Below the pieces are notes generated by a model. That model was not told where the DNA came from. It was given only the letters and a program-made list of their open reading frames with translations, and did no database searches. A DNA stretch of 62,988 nt, the filler included, from Hyphochytrium catenoides (lineage: Eukaryota; Protista; Hyphochytriomycota): NCBI GenBank assembly GCA_900088475.1. It is 6 parts of 6 records of this genome, joined end to end, with 100 filler letters (N's around TTAATTAATTAA, not from the genome) between each part and the next. Parts side by side here need not be neighbours in the genome. Positions count along the whole stretch, not along the records: positions 1 to 31,284 come from FLMG01001525.1; 5 more parts are not named here. One strand, 5' to 3'. Each line of letters starts with the position of its first letter. Position 1 is the stretch's first letter. Shown here one piece after another: positions 13,664 through 26,737 of this stretch. Made by a program: the position numbers and the translations under genes.

Positions 13664-14636
13664 AGAGGCAAGAGAGAGACAGACAAGTGTAGGCGGTTGC
13701 CATCGCCTGACTTTGTGGCGAGGTGCTGCACAAGGAGCTGTGAGCCCGCCGTTGATGATGCGCCAAAATCTTTATTCTTCAACTTTGCGTCGCCTATCAT
13801 GAATAAACAAGCTCATTTACAGTAGGATCCTCAACAGGAATAGCCTTTATCAGCAATCCAGCCGTTTTGCTGACAGATTCTTCTTCTTATGTCGCCTCTG
13901 AAGAGCTCTCTGAAGACACAGAAGAAAGCAGAGAAAGCTCAGAGAGAGAGAAGACGAGAGACGGAACAGCAGTAGAGGAGCAGAGCAAAAGTTCAATGGC
14001 ACTTTGGGAAGAGAACAGCAGGAGAGGAGAAGAGCAGATAAGAAAGGCACTTCGGGAAGAGAAAGGAGAGTTTTATTAGGTAGCGTCAGGGTTAGAGCTA
14101 CGGAAGATCAGCAGCAGGAAGGACTCCAAACGGTGGTGCAGTCCTCCTCCTCCTGAAGACGTAGTCCTCCATCAACACAGAGGCAAACGTAATAGGTAGA
14201 AGCTTTTTTGACCAGCGGCGGCTGCTACCGGGCACTACGTCACACTCAAGCAAGGAGCGGGATGACGTAGGAGAAGTGTTTTTTGAAGAGCACGTCGGTC
14301 GAGCTAGTAAGGCAACTAGAAAGACAGACATAGGACAAAACGAGCTGAAATAATTCTCACATTTGTCTTATGGGAGCTCCCAGACAAAGGCCGCTTGATA
14401 CAGCGTCCGCGCCTGTCTACACGGAGAAGCCACCCCCGGACGGTGAGAGATAGGGACCCTTCATCTGGACTCTGCGCCCTAAACTTTGAAGCAACAGCCT
14501 GCTTTCTCCTCCTAGCAATTATGGGCATGCTCTCCGAGTATCGTCGTCTCTCAGCTTGCTCCTGTCTGATGCTGTGCGATGTAGACAGTGGAAGACTCTC
14601 ACTTCATTGTACTCTCTTCACCTTACGCTGTCTTCA

Positions 14637-17600
14637 ATGTTTGCTTTGCTTTGGGCCTGGTTGTCGCCTCCATCCGCAGTGCTGCCGGGATATGAGAAGC
14701 CAAAGTCAACATTCAAGGTCCTGGCGCCCGTAACTGCGGAGGATAGACTCTCAGCCGCACGGGTAAGCAGTGGGCAGGGAAGAAAAAGGAGGAGATGCCT
14801 AAGAACAAAGGGGAGAAAGCGACCCAATAACAAGTTAAAGAAACTGAAGAAAGAGAGAGAATGGTCCGCTCTCGGTGACCAGGTTCACAGAGTCATAAGA
14901 TAAGAACGGGACTCGATTCCCATGATGGGAGAAATGCACTAGAAAGATAGCGGGTGAGGGAAGGCGTAGATGCAGATAGAACGGAGAAATGAGAGATGCA
15001 AGCGCCTTCTGCTCAGCCTCGCTCTTTCTATAGAAGCAAGCTCTTCGGTCCCTACAGCGTCCAGCAGGTAAGGTTTGTTCCTCCTTTGGGTCCAAGCTCC
15101 TTTTTGTTGGCTCTCTTTCCTCTTTTTCTGCAGATGTGAGGTTTCCTTTCAACGTCGACTTTCTATCATATTATGTGGTCCAATCCCAGGCTTCCAGCTA
15201 TCAGCTACGTTGCCTTCTCTAAAATTACTTGCCATTGCATGCCCTTCCATCCATAGCGTTCGTAGTTGAAGCCGCAGGGGCCCATGGCAAGAATGGCCTG
15301 CCAGGCACCAACGGCCCACATGGAGCACCTGGGTGAGATAGCGAGCTCGCACCGCTCTATATATAGGGGTTGCGCTGTCAGCCTCCTAGTCCTCTGCCTT
15401 ACCTCCTGTCGAGATCCCAGCATTGGTCAGTCTTCGCCTCATTCCCTTCTCTGTACATTATTTTAGGGCTCATGGCCTCTGTGGAGAGAACCGGCCCCCT
15501 GGCCGTCCGGGCAAGGCGGGAGGAGATGGCAGGCCGGGACGAGATGGGAAAAATGGGAGGAAGGGTGGTAACGGGAAGAAAGGTGAACAAGGCGAGAGTG
15601 CAAAGCGTGTACTGCTGAGAGTTGAAGGCGGAGAAGAAGCTCTACTTCTCTCTGGAGAGGTTGTTACCATCGCGACTGGCAGTTATGAAGTTTTTAAAGA
15701 ATCGGTGAGAAGATCTCCTTGCTCTTCCTCCTCATTTCTTGAATATCAAAACAGGGCATGCAGAGCCCTGCCGCATCGACAGTGTTCTATCTCATAGACT
15801 CATTGCAAGCCATATCCCCTATTAGTCCCGTCTATCCTCTGGTCGGACCTTGATGGCTTCTTCGGTTTGGTTCTAGCCTCTTCCTCGACAGGCTTACCCA
15901 CCGTAGTCGCGGCAGATAAAGCACGAGATCAGAGGAAAGCCTGGGATCGCTCCTTCCATTCTCATCAATGCTAAAGGAGGAGACGGAGGGACAGGAGGAC
16001 ATGGGGGCCATGGTGGGTTATAATCTTCAGCCAAAAATTGCCCACTCATTGATCTTATTGTTGCCTTATTGTTGCCTCTGTACACCCGGATTTCTAATTA
16101 AGACTTATTGGCTCCGTTCCTGTCTTGCAAGGTGGAAATGGAGGTGCAGGCGGCTTTGGAGGTGCCGGTGGGAGAGGTGGAGATGGAAAGAGAGGAATGA
16201 AGCCCGGCCTGGGTGGCAGCAATGGTGGTAGGGAGACACACATCCCTCAGATCTACTACTTTGGACCTCAACTCCTCACGTTTTGTTCGTTCACCTTGGT
16301 AGGCAATGGCGGTAATGGCGGTATAGGAGGTAATGGCGGCAAAGGAGGGAATGGGGGAGACGCCCGAGAGGTGAGTGAGCAATTCTCTGTCTCTTGTCCT
16401 TACCGGTCGCAAGTTGGTCTGCTATTTCAGCTTCTAAGCTCTGACGGGACTCTTTCTCCGGAAAGACAGCTTGCTCAAGGTTATGGCAAGCTATAAGTGA
16501 AGTGTCATTGCGCACTGACGCTCTCCGTCGGTTTGCCCCACCCCGCACTTCATTTGTTGCACCTTCGTTTCGTTTACTTATGACAGGGTTCTAAGGGAGG
16601 CACTGGGGGCCAAGTGACAGTCAGTAGCTCCGATCCACGGCTTCTTCACCTGGTAGAGGTCAACGTTCTGGGAGGAGCAGCAGGAAAGGGAGGCACCGGG
16701 GTAAGCCTTGCTGTGATGAAAGGGGTCTCTGGCCACCTTTTAGGAGGAATGAGTGAAGACGAGAGAGAGAGAGAAGAGCTTTGGCGGATCAGTGAGTTGG
16801 GAGATTAGTGAGGTCAAACAGCTATGTGAGTTTGCGGTAGATTGAGCCAAGAAGAGGAAGAAATAGAAGAGAAGCAGACACCTAGAAGTGCGCTCTATCC
16901 AGTTAAGGAACCTCTCCAATGGACATGCGCTTGAAGGGGAGGAGTGAAGAGTCTCAAAGCCAATTGCTAAGGTGAAACCCTATCATTCCTCTTCTAGGGA
17001 GCAGCTGGACTTGGAGGGGGGCCTGGCAAAGGAGGACCCGCTGGCACTGGCGGTAAGGGTGGTTCTCCATGGTAAGAGTTATGAGTAGTGCCAATCATGA
17101 GATGAAAGGCCAGGAAACAGACGTATGGGAGGCAAAGATGACACTGTAAACCTCTCAAACGTTGTTGACCACATTAACAGCCATCTTTACTCAAGCTGCA
17201 TCGCATGGGAAACACTAGAAAGTAGGAGAAGAAGGAGACCCAACGCTCTATTAGACGATAGATCGGCAGCCATCCACCTGCGGGATGCCTGTCCGGGTGT
17301 ATACTGAGAAGGAACAGAAAGTCACAGACCATAGTTCACCCTCCCATGAGATATGCTACTGTGGCGGCGGGGGATGTCGAGGCAAAAGAAAAGAATCTCA
17401 TCGTTCTCTTCTGTGCGCTTTTCCAATGTCTTCATAAAAACAGGGATCGATTGATGATCACCGGGCGGTATGCCTACAAGTATCCCAACGGGAAAGACGT
17501 GTCTTACCGGTATAGCAAGGAGCGGTGCGTGCGTGGACGAGATGGAGAGATAGGAGAACCCGGCAAGGTTGGAACAGGAGGAACGAAGGGTGAGCCCGGC

Positions 17601-20600
17601 ATAGGTGGACAAGACGGGAAATGCGGGAGGTATAGCGGACAGAACCTTTCACTCTGACGTTTACCACCTCTGTCCGCCACAGCCTATAGAGGCACTTCAA
17701 TCGCGGGTTCAGACACTCCTATGTTCATCAGCTTTGATTTTAGCCTACAGTTCTCACGTCTATCAGTGGACGACTCGCTGCTCCTCATTCACCTTATCAC
17801 AGTTCATCTTCCTTTATCCCTCGCGGCTGGCCCGTTGTACCCGTCCCTTTCAGCTAAGGCACATCTCTCCGGCTCGTGGTTATAATGGCTCTTAATGTTA
17901 GGGATGGGACGGTTACATGGCAGATCTTGGACAAGAATGGGCAAATCGTGGAGGAAGCATCCGATAAGTTTGATGTCCAGATCGTTAGCTACAACGTCAC
18001 TTGCGCCATGGTGAGAACTTGTGTGTGCTTCCACCTCTCTTCCACTCTCTACAGCTCAGTCGTAGATCTCTGTTGCCCTGTTCGGCATGCTTCTCATTCT
18101 GCTGCCGAAATCTCGATTTAGGTGCAATGCTAACGCACCACCTTCTCTAGAATAACGGTATCTTTGAACCTGGTGCGTTGATAGAAGTAGCGGACGTTAT
18201 TGTTAGGAGCACTGGAAAGCTGGACTTGCCTGCAGGTGCGTGGATCGAGAGACTAGCTTTCCCTTTCTCCGCACTCGATGCGAGCGCCCTTGCTACCTCT
18301 TCTCGGCTCTCGGCCCTGCCGTCTGGGAGAGTATTTCAATTAGACTTTCTACGTGTCCAGGTAGCGCTTTATCCTCGCCCTTAGCGCTTCCTTCTAAGGC
18401 TGTGGCCATCTTCTCTGTGCCTTTCTCTCCATTGCAGGGGTCACACTTTCATTCCCTACAAACGACACGGTGGTGTCGGACGAGAAGAGGGTGGAGCTGC
18501 CAGCCTTGAGCAAGGGACAGAAATACTCGGTAGAGGGCAAGTTCCTTCTCCGCGTCAGAACCATCGCGGGACCAGCCAGAGGGAAACCGTTTACGAGTTT
18601 CTTCTGCCTGGTGATCTACTTTACTCCTCAGACTCCCTGTTTTACCTTTTCTCATCTGCATTGGAGCTTTCCATTGGTTCCTTGCTAGATCTAAGCGTTG
18701 GAGATGTCTGTCTTCGGGTTGTACGAGCTCCCGTAGCCGTATGGTTCATACAGTTAGACTCACTTATTGCTTCTGCTACTGATGACAACTAGGAACCCAA
18801 GCTGGAGCTCCTGGGTCAGCCCTTCGTGGGTAAAGGTGTCCCTTTTCAAGCCCCAGTGAAGGTGAGAGGGGGATGAGACGGAAACAACAGCTTTCTGACC
18901 TTACTGCCTCCAATCAGCTCAAGAGATGGCTTCATCTTCCTCTCTCACTGCCGTTCTATTCTGTCTCGACCCATATTGCGAGGGTTCCTAACGATGCTGC
19001 CCCTTACCCTTACTATTTCTCTGCGGCCGAATCCAGCTGTTCCGCCAGTCCTCCTCGCTTTCTTTTCTTTGTCCTAGGCTGTCTTCTGGTACAAGCAACC
19101 CTTTTCTCTTACCCGTTTCGTTGTTGCATCGAACTCATTGACACCTCTCCTATCGTGCAGGCGGCTGCTAGCATACATCCTGGGATCCGCACTTGTCGTT
19201 TCTTAGATCATGAGGCCGAAGGCTTTGATGTAGGAGTCGATATCTGCAATAATTCGACAGGACCTGTCGGAACCAAGCACAACTGCGAAGTCAGAGTGGT
19301 CCTTACGACGAGCCCAGCATTTCTGGTTGAGGGCAGAACAAAAGAGAACGAGAGACAAGGGGTTGTGATCAACGAAATAGGGCCGGGCAAGACCGAGACA
19401 GTGACCTTCAGAGTTAGGACCCCCTCAGGGGCAGTGCGGATCGGAGAGACACATTTCATACAAGTTCATCTCTTTGTTAGAGGATCGTATAGTGAATGTA
19501 AGTGCAACTTAATAATGCTCCTTCTTAAGCTTTCCGTCACTGTCCACTGCCTTACCTTTCTAATCCTAGGTGTGGGGTCGCTCTCGTTCCATCACACTTT
19601 ACTCTTTAGACATTCTTTCTTTCCTTGCACCCGTCCGGCTTTGCCCAGACTTCTCTAGTCTTGCTATTGAGCTCTTCTAGATAGACAATCATGTCTGCGA
19701 CTAACCAAACCTTCCATCGTCCGTTGCCTATGAGCCCTCTGTTACTCTCGGTAAAGTGGTACCGACGGTCTCCCCTTATTTTACAATGCATATCATATGA
19801 AGGCCCTCTATTATCCTCCAGTGTATATATTCAGTTCGAGTCATGCAGGGGCTTGCTCATATCTGATATTATCCTTTGAACTCGACTTGCTCGTTGCCAA
19901 GACTATCATAAGCAGCTGCGAGTAGTACCAGAGTTTGTGGCCCTTGGCTCTCCAAGCACCACGATCCTCCTACACCCTGGACTTGGTTCGTCTTCAGTGG
20001 AGCTGATATCGTCATCTCTTTCTGCCCTTGGGATCAAATATAACTACTACGATACTGAGAGATATGGAGGAGTAGACCTACAGCGACTGAGTGGTAAGTT
20101 CCAACGTAGAGAGAAGAATCATGACTAGAAATAGGGAAGAACTCCTTCCAATCTTTGTAGTGCATCTGGCTGTTCTCTTATATTGACTGGCCTCTGTAGA
20201 CCTGGTGATTATCGCTTCGACCTCCCGTGCCTCCAAGGCTGCCCTGTTGGGTACTATTCGGTTGGAAGACTTTCAGTCGAAGGTAGGAGAGTTTGCCACG
20301 CACTCACGTGCGTAATATTTAGCACATCGAGACTGCTAACACTCTTCACTTCCTCACTACGCTGCTCTATCTCAGCTCGAGAAGAATGCTACCCTTGTGT
20401 TCTGGGGTTTTGAGGTAAGTCTGGTACTGACGCCAGCATACCGTTGAGCGGGAATATCTCTGTGAGTTATACTTACCGTCGTTTTCTATTTTGCCCCTCT
20501 TTCGGCTCTCTTCTGTTCTAGCCCGTGGACCTCTTCGAATTCTTTGTGACCAGGAATAGCTCCGCCAAACCGGTCTCCGATCTGTCAACTATCGTTGCTG

Positions 20601-22290
20601 CAAAGGGCCGTGGCGGGGTACCCGTCCTCCCATGTCCTTGGTCTCAGGCTCCAAGCCTAGCAGCCAAAATTCAGCAGGGAATGACAGACAAAGATGGAGA
20701 CCATCTTTATAGGGCGGTGCCAAAGAAGGACCCGGAAGGCCAGACGGCAGAGACCGTGACGTTGCATCGCCTGCCCCCGAGATGGTACCGCTACTTCTCT
20801 CTTAGCCCTTCTTCAGATCGTCTCTCAGCTAGCATATCTCTCTCTCTTCTCTTTCCTCTGTCGATATCCGCCCTTCAAGGTGTTATACCGCGGTACCTAG
20901 TTTCCATTTCATAGGACGGAACTTATCAAAGGGCCTCTTCTCACCTTTCGCAGGTCCTCTGTCTCTGTTCTTGCTGGTCAACCGCAGGAACTACCCTCAT
21001 TATCCTCAGCCCAAAGTGTGTTGCCCTCACCAACACCTTCCGCTGAGCAGCACCTGAGCTGTAAGAAACTGATTGCAGGTCAGCCTCCGCTGAGGTTCGC
21101 ACTACACCATCAGAGACACTTGTTGCGTGAAAGACCACTCTCTAAAGATTCTCTTCAATCCTCTGCTCTCTCTATAGCTCTTTATTTCCCTTCTTGTGTA
21201 TCAACACTCTCTCTCACTGCATACTCGAAAGTAGTCCCTTACCGACAAACTCTGTATGCAATGCAGCAATTTGTGTGGGTGCAAGTCCTTCCCTTAAGGT
21301 TCAGCTCCTTCAAACGCCTACATTGATAGTGGCTGAAGGGCTTACTGTCAGAGATATCGTGAGTCGCTCATGGAAAGAGTTGTTCTCTTGCAGTGCTCCT
21401 ATTCCTGAGCATCTCCTCTCTCTTCCTAACCCTTAGCGTTGCAATGGTCTGGCCCCGCCCTCTTTGCTTTCTAATTGACCGATATATTTTATCGGTTAAC
21501 CACGCATGATGGGCTTTCTGATCTGACTCTCTCCACCAGGTTGTCGGAGATATCTATGCGTCTATCGTATCACAATGGAAGAGCTCATCCCAGCAGCTTA
21601 TCGGTTCGGCTGAGGTCCTTCGCTCCCTTCTACCGGCCAGCAAGGCTCTTGATGAGGAAACAAAAGCTCTACTTCACGGTAAGCAAGAGAGGACGTTCTT
21701 ACGACAATGGCGCAGGTCTGGGAAGGCGAAAGGATCACATGAGACACCCTGTTAACTACTGAGAACACGAGAGGTCGCGGGAAGAGAGGGCTTGCAAAGG
21801 GGGAGGTTAGATACCAGGGAGGAGGAAGCATTGACGGAACGTTCTTCTTTCTAACCCGGAAAGCGGGGAGGAAAATCAACCCTATCCTTCTCCTTCTATA
21901 CCTAACGGCCATGAGAGACCTCAGCATGCCTATGACTTCCTGACAACTTCCTCTAGCGAACCTCTTTTACTCTTGTTTCGTCGGCTGGATCGCTAAATGC
22001 CGCCTTCTTCCCCGTGGACCTAATCTTATATCACAGCCATGCTACGGCGTCTTGGGTCTGAAGATATGAAGGTCAAGATGTTCGACTCGCTGAACAAGAG
22101 GAGGAAGAAGATTCTCATGCCAATAATGGCACAATTGCGAGAGTCCCTCACCCTAAGAAAAGAGCAGAGTAGACTCGCCGGACTTAAAGCGAAGGACACG
22201 AACTTCTGGATTACACTCAGTGAGAAGATTGTGGAGCTAGGGCCGACCAAGCCTTTCAGAGATAATGTGTTCGATGTCTTACTAGCCTAA
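14637..22290 (+). CDS. Large multi-exon protein: collagen-like Gly-X-Y and PGRS-like GGx repeats followed by beta-rich globular domains (resembles from memory fungal/protist DUF7932-type proteins; unverified)
   Basis: ATG 14637 (MFALLWAW...AAR|GTAAGC) splices in frame to GPHGKNGLPGTNGPHGAPG|AHGLCGENRPPGRPGKAGGDGRPGRDGKNGRKGGNGKKGEQGES, then GGNGGAGGFGGAGGRGGDG, GNGGNGGIGGNGGKGGNGGD, GRDGEIGEPGKVGTGGTKGEPG, then FDVQIVSYNV...NNGIFEPGALIEVADVIVRSTG. Joining of the 3' exons (18800-22290) into the same gene is likely but not verified junction by junction. Confidence 0.75.
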
Positions 22291-22602
22291 AGCAACTCTA
22301 CTAGACAGACAAAGCGAATGAGGTGTGACGTTCCGTAGGGATAGCTGAAACCAAGCAAAAAGCATAAAAGGCTATTGTGGCCCTTGTTCGAGGCAAATGC
22401 TGTTTGGCTACCTCTTCAGACATAGTCCTATTGCAGATAATAGCTGTTGGACTAGTTGAAAAGACAGGCTTAACAGGGCTATTATGGTTGCTTTATCTCC
22501 TGACTCGGGCCGCCAGCAGAGATAGAAAAGCCAATGGCGCAGCTAAAAAGTTCTATAAGTTAGGAGCGAAAGTCCAACTCTCGACATTTGCATGTTCGCC
22601 CA

Positions 22603-24965
22603 TTAGAAGTGTAATTTAATCGCCACATAGATCATCAAGACGGCAAAAAGCATGCCCAGAAGCGCCTGGCCACGTCCCTCTCTCTCCTGAAGTCTCTTGA
22701 AATCTAACGGCGTTAGAACTTTGCGGGCAAGGTCTTGAGGAGAGATTACCCTTCTCTCTTTCGGTGAGAGAGATAGAGATTCCGTAAAGGTAGAATGTAA
22801 CGACGATGTGAGAGGGGCCTTTAGCTTGTACGTCGTACATAATCGGACAATTTGCCCTAAGAGAAGGTCTATCTCAGTCCGCAGCCCCAAAGTCATGTCC
22901 ATCTGTTGCGGGAGAAGAGACGACGCATCCAAGGTTAGTCGCAAGCGGTCCGAAAGATTGTCAAAGGTAGAGAACTAGTGTGCTGGCATAGTCCCTTATC
23001 AAGGATTGTTTATAAAATGATAGGACTGCAGGTTTATCCATTGCAACTTGGCGGACCAAGGATGGGGCTTGGTATGGGTACCTGGATGGTGGACCTTGAG
23101 CTTGAGGTGTTATAGAGTCCAAAGGAGGACATGTGGAGAAGAAATGACAGCATCCATGCAGGACAGTACTCCAGGAGGTTAAGAAGAGAAGAGAACGATA
23201 AGAATGTCAACGCTGTGATGTCAGGCGTCCACTTCGAGCTTGCGTAAGCAACCCTAACATTCTGCCAGGAGAAAAGTTGGTGGAGAGCGAATTAGGAGTG
23301 ACTGATATATAAAGTTGTGCCTAAGAAAGAGTAGCGGCGGAGAATTCGACCAATGAAATTGGGTTGGAATGGGCATTGGAGAGGCCTTGCAAGAGCATAA
23401 AATTGTGCGGTGGAGAGAGCAGGGGATGTAGAAGGCCACGAGAAAAAGATCAACGTAGACAAGAGCAAGAAACCATGGGGAGTACATCAACATGTCCCCT
23501 GCAATCTCCTGACAGCCCAATAATGCAGCCGGCCACGGTCTCCTGGCTGCTGACTCTCACCTTCAAACTCTCCCTTGCTACTTTGACAAACACTGTTTGA
23601 GTCCAACGACACTGCAAATCCTCCTTAATGGTCCTTCCTGTCAGGGCATTTATAACGTATAGGGAAGAGAGTAGAGCAACACCCCAGTGAACCGCTGGCG
23701 TATAGAATAGAGGTGATCGGACATTGGCGGAAAACGGAGAGGAGGTTGGCGAAGGAGACCAGAGAGGACGCCAAGTCATGTAGGTACAGCAAGCGAAGAA
23801 AGAGCATTAGAGCTTGATGCGGCCTTTCGCACACCTCTGAGTCGTTACTCTCTCGTTTACTATCTCCCCCCTCCGAACATGCATAGAGTCCCTTCGCCAC
23901 ATAGCTCTAGCCGTCACTTCTGCCCTGTCTGTCATGCTCTCTTACATAGAATGTTCCTGGAGAACCAAACCATAATCTGGGAGGTGTCTAAGAGGTCCAA
24001 GTAATCTACTGCTGTCATTTTGCTTGGCCTACAGACATCAGGTCGTAAGATCCCAAGCTTTAAGGGAGGTAAACCGCGGACCAGATATATGAACAGGAAA
24101 GAGAGCCGGATAGACACGGCGGACGTTCCGCCTCTCGTTGGAGCAAGTGTAAGGGTGATACTGTAGGGTTAAGGAAAGGGCAAGTACAGAGCTTTAGAAA
24201 GGGCAAGTACAGAGCTCTAGAACGAGGAAAGCTCCATGGGCCAGAAAGAACAACTTTCGCCTTTTTCTGTATGAGGCTCTGGGGAGGAGGAGGACGAGGA
24301 AGGGCGCTTGAGGAAGTCTGACGGTTGGAAGAGGGAAACACAGCAACGGATTCTCCAACATTGAGGAGAACAGACATGCAAAGATGACGCGCAAGAGCTA
24401 GTGGATAAGCCGCCCAGTAGGGACAGAAAGGCGTGGGCCGTCACAAACTCAGCTGTCCCACCCTATGCGCTCAATGACCAGGGTATGTTGAGCATGCCGG
24501 ACGAGTGACTTCTCGTCAGGGCCTCCGACGTCAAGAGAGAAGAGACTGGCACCCGGAAGAATGACCGCAGATCCTAGACTGATGATATCATTGAATAATG
24601 GAAAGCAAGGCCGTAGTAGACAGGAAGACTAGAAGAGAGAGCAAGTGAGATAGGAAAGAAGAAGATTGCCGCCAGATAAGAGAAGTGCGGAAGCGAAAGC
24701 CCTGATATAACTGGATATTAGAAAAGGACAAAGCCCCACAGGGGGACAGGGGAGGGATGGAGTGGTAATAAAAAGGAAGCTTTGGAGAAGAAAAGGTGAA
24801 CTGCGCGTGCCGAGAGAGAGACAGACGAGACAGACAGACAAACAAACAAGGCATATTTAGCCGCAATAGAGAGATCAAAGAACATCGCTGTCCTTACGTT
24901 TCTTGTAGCTTTAGCCCGTTGTCCGCTCCAGTCTGTAAGCTCAGCACGACAACCCTTGACCTGTC
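22603..24965 (-). CDS. Hypothetical multi-exon protein with C-terminal transmembrane anchor
   Basis: Open, non-repetitive exon-like segments at ~24897-24959, 24230-24580, 23470-23760 and 22603-22975. Ends ALLGMLFAVLMIYVAIKLHF-stop. Family not recognised and exon structure uncertain. Confidence 0.45.
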
Positions 24966-25335
24966 GTCAGACAGACTAAGCCCGCAAAAGCAAGGATCAA
25001 TATTTCAGGAGAGAGGTAAGAGGAGGATAGAAGATGGGGATTAGCCATTGATTCGTGGGGCCAGGGGAGAAGGTTGGAGGCCAGTACATGGGAAGATGAT
25101 TGAAGAGACGTTGCTAAGAGATGGTTGTAGAGGCATTACGAGAAGAGACCAACTAAACAATGGTAGATGCGTGCCGGGTGATAAAGAGCCAATAGAACGT
25201 GGTCAAATGAAGACTAGACTCGTACTGTTTAGCGAGAAAATGTCCGCAAGGCTGGGTATCATCGGGATCAACGCAGACTATGATGAACAGACACTTCATA
25301 ATGACAGCTGTCAGAGCTTTGGAAGCACTTGCATC

Positions 25336-25952
25336 CTCCACTGCAGGGTGTATGGTATACGCACTACTCTCCGGTGTCCAAACACGGCCATCGGTATCAC
25401 AGAGCGAGAGACTGGAACTTGAGCTATGAGATCAACAGCGATGCGACGGGTGTGGGTGTAAGTTCCCTTGTGGTTTATCTGTTTAAGCAATCTGACCTCA
25501 GCCAGACCTTATGCCTGTGTCCGAGTGCTTAGTATTATGTTTACTATGGAGACTCTTGGCGCGTCGCTTGGACTCAAGGAATGGAAGTACGTGAACGTGT
25601 CGACATTTTTTACCTGATGTCATCGCAATTGAGCGGTTAGCATAGAGGCAACCAAGAATGAACAGCAAACCCTTTACTATTTAAGGCCAAGCAACATGCA
25701 ATGTAGCGCGCCAAACGCTCTCCCTTCACGGATACTAGTGACTGGTGCGAGTAAATGACGAGGATCTCCGCCTCCATCGCTGCGAATGTCCTAAAGCCTG
25801 CCTGTTTTTGCAAAGCAGATTATGGCCTTATCGCATCTTTCATTAGAACAAGCCCACGGACGTCATGCAGGGGATGTTTCAACGAGTACTCCCGTTGAAA
25901 AAGTCTATCAGGAGGCGTTATAGAGCTTCCCCTTTAGCCGCGGAGAGCTGAC
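25336..25952 (+). CDS. Possible small orphan gene (aromatic-rich exons)
   Basis: ctgcag|GVWYTHYSPVSKHGHRYHRARDWNLSYEINSDATGVG|gtaagt...cttag|YYVYYGDSWRVAWTQGME|gtacgt: two in-phase exons with good splice sites. Start and stop unresolved. Confidence 0.3.
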
Positions 25953-26522
25953 CAAAGAAGTGAAGATCCTGTCTCAAGAATCCGGATATGAAGCTTTCTG
26001 TTGAGATTCCGACAGTGCTGCTGAAGCTTTTGCATTGCGTTGTTTGCCGTCAGCCTGTACGCCGTCCGTAGTTGCTGTACACCCACTGGATGGCTGTACC
26101 CGACAACAACATAAGATCAGAGCTTCGATAATCACAAGATTCAGTTCTTTCCAAGGTTAGTTTCGATTGAGAGGATTCGGAACAGCGTGAATCTTGTTCC
26201 GTATATAAGCGCATAAATGGACAATTATTTGACACCATGAATATGTAGTCCCTCTATCAAATCTTGTGTCAGAGCTAGCCCTCAGTACAATCAGGGCCAT
26301 GGCAGATTCTTGGGTGGTGTGCCTCCCTGGCCAGGAGTTCAATGGAGGAGGGAGACTCAGAGCTTGATCCTGTGTTTACTATTATCGGCAATGGCGCCCT
26401 TACCGCAAGGTATTATACAAGGCTTAACGGATGTATTATTATCTTCGGTCGCTGCGGCACTTGAGCGGCAGAGATCGCCGCCACTCAATCGGATCGTCAG
26501 CAGAGCTTCGAGCTTCATTAGT

Positions 26523-26727
26523 CCTCTTCCTCGCCATTCTCCCCGGTGATCGACGCGGTAAGTGCTTGTCAGGTGGCTGGTGTTGGCGTCTGCATGTCCG
26601 TAGTTTGTTAGGGATAGGAGTGGCTGAAGGAAGCGTTGCCTTTGAATCTTGATTCTGACACTAAATCGCTACTCTCCGCTGCATTTTCACCTTCATATTC
26701 ACTCTTTGGTCTCAACTGTCACCTCAG
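26523..26727 (+). promoter_or_regulatory. Putative RPS6 non-coding first exon (pyrimidine-rich) and 5'UTR intron 26558-26727
   Basis: cctcttcctcgccattctcccc followed by a consensus donor G|GTAAGT at 26558 and an acceptor cacctcag at 26727, 10 nt before the ATG. Confidence 0.55.
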
Positions 26728-26737
26728 GACAGGAACC

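Noticed and set aside
24174-24221. 23-nt tandem duplication GAAAGGGCAAGTACAGAGCT(T/C)TA; similar TCCATTGACCAT x2 at 2810-2833
   Set aside because: Only two copies with no spacers, in probable introns; local slippage, not a CRISPR-like array.
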